A stretch of 64,000 bases of DNA from a virus: the IMG/VR virus record IMGVR_UViG_3300029319_000003, positions 1 to 64,000 of that record; one strand, written 5' to 3'. Numbering within the stretch: the first letter of the stretch is position 1; the number at the start of each line of letters is the position of its first letter. The notes below the pieces were generated by a model. The model did no database searches. It saw only the letters and a list, made by a program, of their open reading frames with translations, and had not been told where the DNA came from. Below, in pieces: positions 1 through 8,356 of this stretch. A program made the position numbers and the translations under genes.

Positions 1-417
1 CCTTGGAGGCACCGTTACCTGAAGTAGCCCGTTAGTGAACTGTGCGCTAATGTTGGTTAAGTCCAAATTGGCGTCATGGTTCACATACGTCTTTTCAAAG
101 GATCGCCGTGCAATGCGTCGAGAAGGCTGGTTGCCCTCCTCTTCACTATCGCCGTCACCGGTGGTTGCGCGAACAGTGATGCTGTTCTTGTCGGGCTGGA
201 CTTCGATAGAAATTTCTTCCTTCGAAAATCCTGCAAGCGCAAACTCCATTTGAGTGTTGCCTTGTCCGTCTGTGAAAATATCCGCAACCGGATAGCCCTG
301 AATTGTTCTTCGATGAAGAGTGGGAACGTCCCAATCTCCAAAGAAGTCATTAAACAGTGATTGCCCAAGCAAGTTGGGTAGTGCAACTCGACGGTTGCCT
401 CTTACTAGATCATTCAT
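1..417 (-). CDS. Hsp20/alpha-crystallin small heat-shock protein (3' end runs off the window; absent from the supplied ORF track)
   Basis: My translation from ATG at 417 (SD AAGGAG): MNDLVRGNRR...GYPVADIFTDGQGNTQMEFALAGFSKEEISIEV...RRIARRSFEKTY...LDLTNISAQFTNGLLQVTVPPR. Contains the typical 'LAGF.KEEI.I', 'R.F' and 'A.F.NGLL.V' alpha-crystallin motifs. Open to position 1. Confidence 0.9.
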   Translation of the reverse strand, partial: MNDLVRGNRRVALPNLLGQSLFNDFFGDWDVPTLHRRTIQGYPVADIFTDGQGNTQMEFALAGFSKEEISIEVQPDKNSITVRATTGDGDSEEEGNQPSRRIARRSFEKTYVNHDANLDLTNISAQFTNGLLQVTVPPR

Positions 418-497
418 TTTATCATTCTCCTTTAGCAATGTTATTTGAATGCATGTCCCTTATTGGCGACATGATGAACATAATGTTCATACCCACT

Positions 498-526
498 AAT
501 ATAACCGCTTTTGCGGTTGTTGTCAA
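498..526 (-). promoter_or_regulatory. sigma70-like promoter for hsp20
   Basis: TTGACA-17 nt-TATATT on the minus strand. Confidence 0.8.
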
Positions 527-542
527 GGGTTTTTTTGACTTT

Positions 543-779
543 TTATTCTTTTTCTTCTCGCACAACGCAAACCACTTCTGATTCGGTTTCAATCCAAACA
601 CGCGCTCCGCACGAAAGGGGCTTGTCTGGAGAATACACAACTTTGCACGGACCATCAATGATCGCCTCATGGCAATAGTCGTTGGACTTATATGTCTTTA
701 CTGTGATTACTGGCTCACGGTTGCCTGTTTTATTGTTGGATCGAATCTTATGCTGATTGACGTGGATTTTCCGCTTCAT
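543..779 (-). CDS. conserved phage hypothetical protein
   Basis: 78 aa with IHVNQH...PVITVK...PLSCGARVWIET, a pattern I recall from phage hypotheticals. Confidence 0.75.
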   Translation of the reverse strand: MKRKIHVNQHKIRSNNKTGNREPVITVKTYKSNDYCHEAIIDGPCKVVYSPDKPLSCGARVWIETESEVVCVVREEKE

Positions 780-1050
780 CGGAAAACTCCTTTACTGCAT
801 CTGCAACATCGGCAAGCGTGACTGCTCTTGTGCGTCGGTTCTGCTCTCGCATCAACCGGTTGTACCGCTTGCGCTCATACTTGACCATATAAAGATCTTC
901 GATACCAAGTGCTTGAAGGCGACGAAGAGAGTTCTTTGTAACCTTCTCCGAGTCTGCCTTAGTAAGAATCTTCTCATCTGCAACGAGATAATCCTCACCT
1001 TTCGCACGATTACCATACCGCAAGTTAATCTTGCTAACGTAATACTTCAT
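748..1050 (-). CDS. hypothetical protein
   Basis: 100-aa ORF with SD (GGAA/CAGGA), packed between neighbours. Confidence 0.7.
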   Translation of the reverse strand: MKYYVSKINLRYGNRAKGEDYLVADEKILTKADSEKVTKNSLRRLQALGIEDLYMVKYERKRYNRLMREQNRRTRAVTLADVADAVKEFSDEAENPRQSA

Positions 1051-1053
1051 TTA

Positions 1054-1269
1054 CTATTCCTGTTCCTTCTTGTTTGACAACTTTTCTAACAATGAGCCAT
1101 CTACCCATTCTTTCACTGGGTGATGATACCCCTCTGGAGCCGACCAAAGAATGAAAAATTTTTTCGAACGAAAATCTCCATTCTCTTGCGCCGCGAGGAC
1201 CACGCCGGGTCCGTGCTCGCTGTCGGAGTATAAATAGGGTACGGTTACCAAATCACCCACTTTAATCAC
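1054..1269 (-). CDS. small SH3/KOW-like beta-barrel protein
   Basis: N-terminal KVGDLV, C-terminal WV...LLEKL. Confidence 0.65.
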   Translation of the reverse strand: MIKVGDLVTVPYLYSDSEHGPGVVLAAQENGDFRSKKFFILWSAPEGYHHPVKEWVDGSLLEKLSNKKEQE

Positions 1270-1377
1270 TTGATTGCCGCTTTTTTTCTATATAAGCAAG
1301 GCGACCATAATATTCTACAAAAACACCGGTGATGACTCCAAGCACATACGCCGGCAACATAATCGCAATCACATAAC

Positions 1378-1626
1378 TCACTGGGTCACCAACTTGACGT
1401 GGTGCAGCCATGAAGTATGCTTTTCACCGTTCGCCCACAAGTCAGCAACTTGACGTGGCTGTTTTGGAAGGTGCGCCGGAGTACCCGGTGTAATTACATC
1501 CAGAGCAGCCACATCGGCTGGGTTGTCATGACAGCCCAAATAAATACCAACCAAAGTCTCATTGCCATAGCCGGTAGGGAAGCGAACTAAGTCACCTACC
1601 TCTACGCCATGTTTCATAACTTTCAT
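1378..1626 (-). CDS. small SH3/KOW-like protein
   Basis: VEVGDLVRF...WLHHVKLV. Start moved to ATG 1626 (ATGA overlap with the upstream gene). Confidence 0.65.
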   Translation of the reverse strand: MKVMKHGVEVGDLVRFPTGYGNETLVGIYLGCHDNPADVAALDVITPGTPAHLPKQPRQVADLWANGEKHTSWLHHVKLVTQ

Positions 1627-1892
1627 CGTTCCTCCCAGAGTCGCCACCCTCCCTGAGACAGACCACCATTAGCAAGCACACGCTGCTTCTTGTGAGAGGC
1701 GAAAACCTCGGTACCGTTTGGAAGCCGAAGCAGATACTGAGAGCCACGGATGTGCTCTACAACCAGCGCACCCTCAAACCCTTCTTGGGTGATGAGTTTG
1801 CCGACAAGAGCCTGTCGCTCGCGAGCGAACTGGGCTCTCTGTTCTGCGGTGAGGCGCTGCCGCCCACCAGTCCTACGTCGTCGTCTTTCCAT
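1623..1892 (-). CDS. hypothetical protein
   Basis: Strong SD GGAGGA, directly downstream of the promoter at 1940-1968. Confidence 0.75.
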   Translation of the reverse strand: MERRRRRTGGRQRLTAEQRAQFARERQALVGKLITQEGFEGALVVEHIRGSQYLLRLPNGTEVFASHKKQRVLANGGLSQGGWRLWEER

Positions 1893-1939
1893 GTATTCCT
1901 CCTTCGGAATCTATCTCTCTGTCCACTCGGTACATTAGT

Positions 1940-1968
1940 AATGTAACATAGCCGGCTTTCATTGTCAA
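1940..1968 (-). promoter_or_regulatory. sigma70-like promoter
   Basis: TTGACA-17-TACATT. Confidence 0.7.
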
Positions 1969-1982
1969 GCAGTTTTTTGAAA

Positions 1983-2249
1983 TTATTTGCCCTTGCTGAC
2001 TAAAATTATATTTCTTCGCAGAATGTTTCCAACCTTCCCGTCGGGATGCAGCACTTTCGCACAACTATAATATTCACCTTCCTCTTCACCATCTACGATG
2101 TGCCACTTAATAAATACCGAGGGTGGCTGCTGTGGCTCCATAGTATTTATATCATACTCCTCTTCGTCGTAATAGTCGTAGCGTTCGTAATATGGAAAAG
2201 AAGGCAAGGAATACAACCCTGAGTCTCTAACCAAGTCACCACTTTTCAT
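1983..2249 (-). CDS. small SH3/KOW-like protein
   Basis: MKSGDLVR...IILVSKG, ATGA overlap. Confidence 0.65.
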   Translation of the reverse strand: MKSGDLVRDSGLYSLPSFPYYERYDYYDEEEYDINTMEPQQPPSVFIKWHIVDGEEEGEYYSCAKVLHPDGKVGNILRRNIILVSKGK

Positions 2250-2470
2250 TTTGAATCAACCTCGCAAGTGATCTGAGCATGCTCCATGCTCTTGTCTTTA
2301 ACTACATAAATCTTTTTGCCGACGGCGATCTCACATGGAATCGCAGAGTTTTGTATTACTGCCATCGCTGGACCGCCGTTGACTGCTGGATTAAGATTAA
2401 ACTCAACTGTCGAAAGAACATCATCATGAGAAATAATGACCCCAATCAATACAAACGTCTCAAGAGCCAC
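2246..2470 (-). CDS. hypothetical protein
   Basis: 74-aa ORF coupled to neighbours. Confidence 0.6.
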   Translation of the reverse strand: MALETFVLIGVIISHDDVLSTVEFNLNPAVNGGPAMAVIQNSAIPCEIAVGKKIYVVKDKSMEHAQITCEVDSK

Positions 2471-2678
2471 TGATGACCTCCATTAAGGACTCGGCAATAT
2501 CATACATCCTGCCCACTTTGGGGTAGTAAACCGTTATGCAGGGATGACTTGGGTTGCCTGCCATTTGCTTTGACAAGATGATGCCATGCCCAAGTTCTCT
2601 GCGCTGTCTCAGCGCAGGGGCAAGTCGGGCTGATCCTCGCTCGGGGATCTTTCTTATGACCAGATTACCGACCTGCAC
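2460..2678 (-). CDS. small SH3/KOW-like protein
   Basis: MQVGNLV...LMEVISG. Confidence 0.65.
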   Translation of the reverse strand: MQVGNLVIRKIPERGSARLAPALRQRRELGHGIILSKQMAGNPSHPCITVYYPKVGRMYDIAESLMEVISGS

Positions 2679-2847
2679 TAACCAACTCCAATAGGTTTTC
2701 TTGAATCGAACTTATTCTACCGTCAGCCCATCTGACTATAGGAAACGTCAAAGGATTAGTATCCTTATCGAAAGTATGCCATCTTAAAAAGATGCCAATC
2801 TCTCCACTCTCTGAGTTTTTATTTCTTACCAAATCACCCGGCTTCAT
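2665..2847 (-). CDS. small SH3/KOW-like protein
   Basis: MKPGDLVRN...VRWADG...LLELVSAG. Confidence 0.7.
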   Translation of the reverse strand: MKPGDLVRNKNSESGEIGIFLRWHTFDKDTNPLTFPIVRWADGRISSIQENLLELVSAGR

Positions 2848-3035
2848 GCTGCATACCCAACCAGTTCAATGCTGCTCCACAGCACCCACTCTTTGGTACC
2901 GGGTCCAAACAAGGACTCGCCTTGCGTTGTCCACAAGACATGATACTGTGGCTGGGCAAGTCCGATCTCTGCGACTTCAATTATAATTCCCAACTGCTCT
3001 GTCAAGAAGTGTTGGACCAAATCACCGACTTGCAC
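2844..3035 (-). CDS. small SH3/KOW-like protein
   Basis: MQVGDLVQH...VLW...IELVG. Confidence 0.7.
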   Translation of the reverse strand: MQVGDLVQHFLTEQLGIIIEVAEIGLAQPQYHVLWTTQGESLFGPGTKEWVLWSSIELVGYAA

Positions 3036-3210
3036 TTACAACCCCCACAAGATGTGACTCAATCCAAGTTGTATGTCCGTCGGACCACAACACAACTGGA
3101 TGGTTCGTTCCTTGATTGTTGTTAGGCCACTTGTTATCTGTCCAATCGACAATTAGACCAAGCAGACCCCGTTTAGACTTAAGGTTTTTTACAACATCAC
3201 CGACTTTCAT
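3022..3210 (-). CDS. small SH3/KOW-like protein
   Basis: True start MKVGDVVKN at 3210; VLWSDG...LVGVVSASR. Confidence 0.7.
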   Translation of the reverse strand: MKVGDVVKNLKSKRGLLGLIVDWTDNKWPNNNQGTNHPVVLWSDGHTTWIESHLVGVVSASR

Positions 3211-3415
3211 TGACCAACTCCAGTGCCTCTGTTCGGACCCATTGTTTTGTATTGTTGTGGCTAAACAACACCTCAACCCAATCTAAGGATGCTTCCCAGT
3301 CCAACATGAGAACTGGGATGTGTTCGCCACTTCGCGACTCGTACATTGCCAAGGATCCCTTTCTCCAACGAGAGTGAAGGGGGCATTTAATAAGTGGTGT
3401 CGTGGTGTATTTCAT
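3197..3415 (-). CDS. small SH3-like protein
   Basis: Start MKYTT at 3415 (ATGA overlap); RKGSLAMY...WVRTEALELVNESR. Confidence 0.6.
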   Translation of the reverse strand: MKYTTTPLIKCPLHSRWRKGSLAMYESRSGEHIPVLMLDWEASLDWVEVLFSHNNTKQWVRTEALELVNESR

Positions 3416-3606
3416 GCAGCCGCCAAGAGTTGTTGTTGCGCCTCTTGAGGGATCAGCCACATGTGAGCCTCCTCGTCATCATCGCGAACAAACTTAAGAC
3501 CAGCGCTGTGTCCTTGTGCCTGCCATTCTCGCAACCAGCGAAACGCATCATCATTGCTTCGGGTCATCTCCCAAAACACACCATTAATGAACAATAAATA
3601 AGTCAC
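3412..3606 (-). CDS. hypothetical protein
   Basis: GTG start with SD GAGGGA, downstream of a promoter. Confidence 0.65.
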   Translation of the reverse strand: MTYLLFINGVFWEMTRSNDDAFRWLREWQAQGHSAGLKFVRDDDEEAHMWLIPQEAQQQLLAAA

Positions 3607-3625
3607 TTCTTTCCCTCACATATAT

Positions 3626-3654
3626 AATATAGCACGTTATGCGCCCATATGCAA
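3626..3654 (-). promoter_or_regulatory. sigma70-like promoter
   Basis: TTGCAT-17-TATATT. Confidence 0.7.
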
Positions 3655-3693
3655 GAAAAAGCCGGACAAAATATGTCCGATCATGAAAATAAT

Positions 3694-3876
3694 TTACTCC
3701 TCGATCTCCCACCACCGCTCGGGATCGAGACGGCGAAGCAACTCATGAATAGCATCGGTAGCAAGACCATTGCGAATATCGTTGAACTGCATTTCTGCCA
3801 ATGCTTCTTCCAGAGATTCGACCAGAGCGGGAACCTCTTGTTCGGTAATAGTGACAAGGTGTTTAAGATGGTTCAT
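3694..3876 (-). CDS. hypothetical protein
   Basis: 60 aa, SD GAGGT. Confidence 0.65.
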   Translation of the reverse strand: MNHLKHLVTITEQEVPALVESLEEALAEMQFNDIRNGLATDAIHELLRRLDPERWWEIEE

Positions 3877-3878
3877 GT

Positions 3879-3953
3879 TTACCTCGCAAACATTGCAGTG
3901 TTAATGTGAATGATGGGAACCATCGTGACAAGAATGATAATTGCAATACCCAT
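3879..3953 (-). CDS. 24-aa hydrophobic peptide (MGIAIIILVTMVPIIHINTAMFAR)
   Basis: SD GAGGGG directly downstream of the promoter at 3977-4005; below the ORF-track length cutoff. Confidence 0.45.
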   Translation of the reverse strand: MGIAIIILVTMVPIIHINTAMFAR

Positions 3954-3976
3954 TAGTTCCCCCTCAATACATATAT

Positions 3977-4005
3977 AATATAGCATAGAGGTTCTAATCA
4001 CACAA
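3977..4005 (-). promoter_or_regulatory. sigma70-like promoter (weak -35)
   Basis: TTGTGT-17-TATATT, with the same TATATTATATATGT context as the 3626 promoter. Confidence 0.55.
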
Positions 4006-4030
4006 GGTCAATAAGTGTCCGCTTTATAAA

Positions 4031-4243
4031 TCACTGCTCCTCTTCAACTTCAATCCGAATAACATTGCCGTCACGCAGCGTGTGAATGAGCCTTGCCATC
4101 ACCACTTCGACCTGATTGATGCGCTGCTCGATCTCTGTGAACTTCTCAAGCAACCGCTCCTCAAGCATGGAAGGGCGAAACTCCTCGCCGTTTACATACA
4201 CCACGTTGTCGCCAGTGCTCGTTGTCATATCGTTACTACTCAT
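4031..4243 (-). CDS. hypothetical protein
   Basis: Start MSSND at 4243 with SD GAGGAG. Confidence 0.65.
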   Translation of the reverse strand: MSSNDMTTSTGDNVVYVNGEEFRPSMLEERLLEKFTEIEQRINQVEVVMARLIHTLRDGNVIRIEVEEEQ

Positions 4244-4244
4244 T

Positions 4245-4421
4245 TTAGTACTCCTCTTCTTTTGGTTTTGGTGGCGTGCCACCTTCTTCTAAATTAATAA
4301 TTTCCCATTGCGGGTTCGCGTTCTCTAATACTTCCAGAACTCTCTTGCGAGTGTAGCCTTGCGCTTCGATTAGCCGCGTCTTGACCTCGCCCATTTCGCG
4401 GAAGGTGACTGTCCAGTACAT
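4245..4421 (-). CDS. hypothetical protein
   Basis: Start MYWTVTF at 4421 with SD GAGGA. Confidence 0.55.
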   Translation of the reverse strand: MYWTVTFREMGEVKTRLIEAQGYTRKRVLEVLENANPQWEIINLEEGGTPPKPKEEEY

Positions 4422-4533
4422 TATCGAATCCTCTCCCAAACCCACACGCCAGCACACCAAAGCAGCACGCCGGGTGTGCCAAGCCAATTGTTCATAATCA
4501 GCAAACCCGCAAATGCCAATGACGCATCTTTAA

Positions 4534-4836
4534 TTACTTTTGCTCTTTCCCATGAATACATTGTGCCCTCCCTTTTGATATTAAATCCACCTTGTCCCAG
4601 CGACCATGCGTGTCCAAAGTTATATTTTTTATTCTACCATCCATCAACCTTACTTTTAAAACAGTGGCGAAATCATATGAATCTGTGAGTATGTCAATGA
4701 TGATACCTATGGGATGATAATCATACACACCAAAGGCTCCATCCCCATCACCAAACACATCGGACCCCATAGAGACACGAACCAAGTCGCCACGCTCAAA
4801 AACAACCACAGTTGCCGCCCGTGAGAGCGTGGACAC
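4534..4836 (-). CDS. small SH3/KOW-like protein (start uncertain)
   Basis: FERGDLVRV...VDLISKG. Confidence 0.6.
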   Translation of the reverse strand: MSTLSRAATVVVFERGDLVRVSMGSDVFGDGDGAFGVYDYHPIGIIIDILTDSYDFATVLKVRLMDGRIKNITLDTHGRWDKVDLISKGRAQCIHGKEQK

Positions 4837-5125
4837 CCCCAGCCCAGAACTGCCAAGTCAACGTCCAGTACATCATAAATGCAGCGTAAGCCCCAACCTG
4901 TGCGATTGGCATGTATCTATATTTCCATAGAATATAAGTGCCGCCGGCGACCAGCGCCGTCTTTGTCATCACAAATGGGATCACGCCCCATCGAAGGGCA
5001 GTGTCCATGAGAAGATTAACCTCCTCAATGCCGCCAAAAGAAATCAAGGCAACAGAAGCACAGGCATCCACCACGTTGAATATCAACGTGAACCAAAGCA
5101 GAAGTTTAATAAACTTCTCGCTCAC
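4796..5125 (-). CDS. membrane protein (DUF5658-like)
   Basis: Three hydrophobic segments; FNVVD...EVNLLM...FVMTK pattern. Confidence 0.6.
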   Translation of the reverse strand: MSEKFIKLLLWFTLIFNVVDACASVALISFGGIEEVNLLMDTALRWGVIPFVMTKTALVAGGTYILWKYRYMPIAQVGAYAAFMMYWTLTWQFWAGGVHALTGGNCGCF

Positions 5126-5454
5126 TCTTCCCCCGGCTCTTCTTCATCGCCCTCTTGTTCAGCCATCTGACCTAAAATATCAGCGTAACTTTCCATAGCC
5201 TGTACGCTAACCTCCAAAGCATCTGCAAGAATACCCATCATCTTGTTGACGTTTGCATCGCTTGGCAACGTGACCTTGTAGGCATTTAGCAGTTTTTCAA
5301 ATGCTTCATTCTGTGCTGCCTGCTCTTGAACACGACGGTTGTGAAGTTCACGATCATGCTCTTCTTGTTTAGCCTCAACCTTACGTCGATACTCTTCCAG
5401 TTCATCTAATCGCTTTTTCATACTCTCAAAGTCGATTACGTTGTCATCGTTCAT
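5122..5454 (-). CDS. coiled-coil hypothetical protein
   Basis: Start MNDDNVIDF with SD GAGGA. Confidence 0.7.
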   Translation of the reverse strand: MNDDNVIDFESMKKRLDELEEYRRKVEAKQEEHDRELHNRRVQEQAAQNEAFEKLLNAYKVTLPSDANVNKMMGILADALEVSVQAMESYADILGQMAEQEGDEEEPGEE

Positions 5455-5484
5455 GTGTCCTCTCCTGTGGTACAATTGTTAATT

Positions 5485-5673
5485 TTAGACTGGCTGACTG
5501 GGGAAATGCACCTCATGGTTGCCTTTGACCAACACCACGATCTGCAATGCTTCGGGTTGGATAATCTCTTCAACCTTTTCCTGCATCGCAAGCCCACCAT
5601 GTGGTCCCATCATCGTGCGTCTTTCCATATCACCCTGCTGGTTTTGCAGAATTGCGGTCCACATCATTGTCAT
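5485..5673 (-). CDS. hypothetical protein
   Basis: 62 aa, SD AAGGA. Confidence 0.5.
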   Translation of the reverse strand: MTMMWTAILQNQQGDMERRTMMGPHGGLAMQEKVEEIIQPEALQIVVLVKGNHEVHFPSQPV

Positions 5674-6529
5674 TTTCTTGTTCCTTCTTTAGTAAAGAAT
5701 AAAGTTCTAAATCTTTGGCGTAATAATCAAGCACAACCCTTAGCGAGTCTTTGGTCAACTCATTGTGATAGTCTGCAATGCTTGAGGTGCCGACATTTTC
5801 ACGACCAATCTGCAAACCCGGCAAGAACTCAGTGATCTCTTCAGCCTTTTCAATTCGGAACAGGGCATCCACTGCCAGTTCGCCACTCTCATCCGTAATC
5901 CATGAAACCTGCGGCTCCAACAGATGGTACGGACAATCAGAGTGCTCGCACCCAGTCTGACCATGTACCGTCGCTTCGTTAATCCAGTCATGAAAGTTTA
6001 AACTTAAAAACTTGTCAACCTCTTCAGGGGTCGTCCAGTGGTAACAATTATCGCGTTTTTGAGGTTCTATACGCTCCTCGGCGGTGCCGAGTTGCGCGGA
6101 AGCACAAGCCTTCCCATACTTCGCTAGTGACTGATTAAACTGCTCCGTTGTCACAGCCGCCGCAGCACTCCCAAGCGGATCCCAACAATATCTGCCCTTT
6201 TCTGGGTGGACGCCATCGAACCAACCGGGCATCTCAGTGATAGCCTTCATCGTTTTTTGACGATACTTCAACCACGACACTGCTCGATAAATAGGATTTC
6301 GCATAACACTAAATTTAATTAAACTATTGGTCTGCTCCTCACCGAACCTCTGTGTATACCAGTTGTTGATCTCGGTAACGCTTTCATGCTTGCGCCACGT
6401 TCTAACCTCTCCGTCATAACCCTCGCCGTCTTGTTGTTCAACCACATACTCTTCCAAAGCGTTGGTCAAACTCGTCCCGCCGCACTTTGGAATATGCACA
6501 AATGCAATTTTATCTAAATATACTGGCAC
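5630..6529 (-). CDS. sulfotransferase family 2 protein
   Basis: 5'-PSB motif FVHIPKCGGTSL and 3'-PB motif RNPIYRAVSW; C-terminal Y..D.E.Y. Confidence 0.85.
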   Translation of the reverse strand: MPVYLDKIAFVHIPKCGGTSLTNALEEYVVEQQDGEGYDGEVRTWRKHESVTEINNWYTQRFGEEQTNSLIKFSVMRNPIYRAVSWLKYRQKTMKAITEMPGWFDGVHPEKGRYCWDPLGSAAAAVTTEQFNQSLAKYGKACASAQLGTAEERIEPQKRDNCYHWTTPEEVDKFLSLNFHDWINEATVHGQTGCEHSDCPYHLLEPQVSWITDESGELAVDALFRIEKAEEITEFLPGLQIGRENVGTSSIADYHNELTKDSLRVVLDYYAKDLELYSLLKKEQENDNDVDRNSAKPAG

Positions 6530-6644
6530 TATTTGCCTCCTTTTTTCTGCTGTTCCTGACTGAAATTGCGACGATTACTATTCCCAGCGCCGTCCCGGCA
6601 CCCCACGTTGTAAGCAACTCAGCCCTTGTTTTTAGTTTCTTCAT
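6510..6644 (-). CDS. 44-aa single-pass membrane peptide
   Basis: MKKLKTRAELLTTWGAGTALGIVIVAISVRNSRKK...; fills the gap between neighbours. Confidence 0.4.
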   Translation of the reverse strand: MKKLKTRAELLTTWGAGTALGIVIVAISVRNSRKKEANSASIFR

Positions 6645-7449
6645 GAATCCACCCATGCAAGTCTTCATCATACGCTCCTGTGAGTGGTTGTGTCATTAGA
6701 TCGAGTTCGAACGGGTCCACGCTTTGGACTTCGCTTCGGGCAGTCTCAGTCTTTGCATCAAAAAACGGACTGCCATAGGCAGCATAGCCGCTGCCAACGC
6801 CGGGATGTGTGTCCCGCACTGGTGTTCTCTTTGGTGTCGCAAATCCTGTTGCATCGGTCTTAATCTTGATAGCCTCTTGAAGTTGATCCAGCGAATATTG
6901 CTCTGCAAGCGTCTCTGCAATATCGAGTTGTGTCTTTTTATTCATTATACCCTCTCTCTCCTTTTGTGTTAATACTTTTTTACTTATGTGATGCAGTACG
7001 CCGGGTGACAGATCGCATCGATCATATATTTTTATCTCTCGCCAGTGGAACACACCGGCAATTCTAAATGCATAAGCAATCCACTCACTGCAATACCATT
7101 TTTCACGTCGCTTTATCGAAAACGGCAAAAACTGTGATGCGATCATCCCAACCCAATCATAGCCGCAGCCTTTTGTGTCATCAAAGAAGTTAAGTATAAC
7201 CCGCAATTGCGAATTTGTTATGGTAAATTCAAGAAAATCCCACTTTTCTGGATCGTAACTTGTTTTTTCTCTTGCCGCGACTCGCGAAGATAACATGGGG
7301 CTAATACTCACCCATGTCTTATCGTCTGGCAGCACTAACTCCGCATGCGAGTACTCGCTCTTTGTCCACCACCTAATTGTTTTATTTCGCCAGTCGCCCT
7401 GCCCTTTGTAAAAGGCAATTTTAACTTTCGCCTCCTGCTGCACCTTCAT
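6619..7449 (-). CDS. permuted papain-like NlpC/P60 (YiiX/YebB-type) domain followed by an unrelated in-frame C-terminal region
   Basis: SHAELV (His) precedes WYCSEWIA (Cys). In-frame internal ATG at 6945 has its own SD. Confidence 0.7.
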   Translation of the reverse strand: MKVQQEAKVKIAFYKGQGDWRNKTIRWWTKSEYSHAELVLPDDKTWVSISPMLSSRVAAREKTSYDPEKWDFLEFTITNSQLRVILNFFDDTKGCGYDWVGMIASQFLPFSIKRREKWYCSEWIAYAFRIAGVFHWREIKIYDRCDLSPGVLHHISKKVLTQKEREGIMNKKTQLDIAETLAEQYSLDQLQEAIKIKTDATGFATPKRTPVRDTHPGVGSGYAAYGSPFFDAKTETARSEVQSVDPFELDLMTQPLTGAYDEDLHGWIHEETKNKG

Positions 7450-7627
7450 CTTCTTTGTCCCTGCACACTCCTGCTTCAATTAATCGCATGGCTGTTCGAC
7501 CGAACCAACCCTGCAACTGCCACGCCAGCCCAGTATCAATTAACTGCTGCCACGCTTCAGTAACCTGCTCTTCGCTTTCTGCTTCAATAAATCCTTCTGC
7601 AATGCCTATTGCCTGATGATTTGTCAC
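7421..7627 (-). CDS. conserved phage hypothetical protein
   Basis: GTG start after GGAGGT; AWQQLIDTGLAWQLQGWFGRTA motif. Confidence 0.7.
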   Translation of the reverse strand: MTNHQAIGIAEGFIEAESEEQVTEAWQQLIDTGLAWQLQGWFGRTAMRLIEAGVCRDKEDEGAAGGES

Positions 7628-7629
7628 AA

Positions 7630-7965
7630 TTACACCTCCACCAAAACGGCGCAAATATTATTAGAAAGCAGCCGCTTCAATTCTGCAACAGCATCAGCAC
7701 GCCGTTGAAATTTAAAAGTTGTCCAAGCGCTTTCGTATTGAGCGCGGACTTCATATTGGTGGTGTTTGGACTTCTCGTCATAACCCCACTTATCCATATG
7801 GCTTTTACAATACTGCCGCCACTCCTCAAGATGGTAATCATTCTTCTCGTCCCACGATCCGAACAGTGCATCCATTTTAACGGCGTTCTTCCACAAACCC
7901 TGCTCTGCCTCGACAGAGTAGCAGTCTGCTAGTTTATTCTTGTCATACTTATATGTGTGCATCAA
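7630..7965 (-). CDS. hypothetical protein
   Basis: First gene after the promoter at 7985-8013, SD AAGGT. Confidence 0.7.
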   Translation of the reverse strand: MMHTYKYDKNKLADCYSVEAEQGLWKNAVKMDALFGSWDEKNDYHLEEWRQYCKSHMDKWGYDEKSKHHQYEVRAQYESAWTTFKFQRRADAVAELKRLLSNNICAVLVEV

Positions 7966-7984
7966 TCACCTTATACTCCTACCC

Positions 7985-8013
7985 AATATAACAGGTTAAG
8001 AGTAAATTGTCAA
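7985..8013 (-). promoter_or_regulatory. sigma70-like promoter
   Basis: TTGACA-17-TATATT. Confidence 0.8.
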
Positions 8014-8032
8014 GCGTTAATTTAAAAAAGTT

Positions 8033-8266
8033 TTAGGCTTCATACGAAGCAGAAGGAAGCGTTGCTTCCAATGCCTGCTCCATAATAGCAATAGTCTGAT
8101 GCTCATAACTACTGGAAGCCGTGAGGCGCATCTGCTCAAGTTCGTCCATGCCCTCGGCATATGCCAACGCGGACACAAGGCTGTGCCCAAACTGCGCTGC
8201 CTGCACGCATGCATGCTCAAGCGGGGTCAAATCCTTAAGTACTTCTTCTTGTTTGCTCATCACCAC
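8033..8266 (-). CDS. hypothetical protein
   Basis: SD GGAG, downstream of a promoter. Confidence 0.65.
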   Translation of the reverse strand: MVMSKQEEVLKDLTPLEHACVQAAQFGHSLVSALAYAEGMDELEQMRLTASSSYEHQTIAIMEQALEATLPSASYEA

Positions 8267-8311
8267 ATCATCTCCTGTTTGTAACTAGGGAACAATTATT
8301 TCTTTACCAAT

Positions 8312-8340
8312 AATATAACTGCATTTAGCGATGGTGTCAA
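8312..8340 (-). promoter_or_regulatory. sigma70-like promoter
   Basis: TTGACA-17-TATATT. Confidence 0.8.
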
Positions 8341-8356
8341 GCAATTTTTTTATTTT

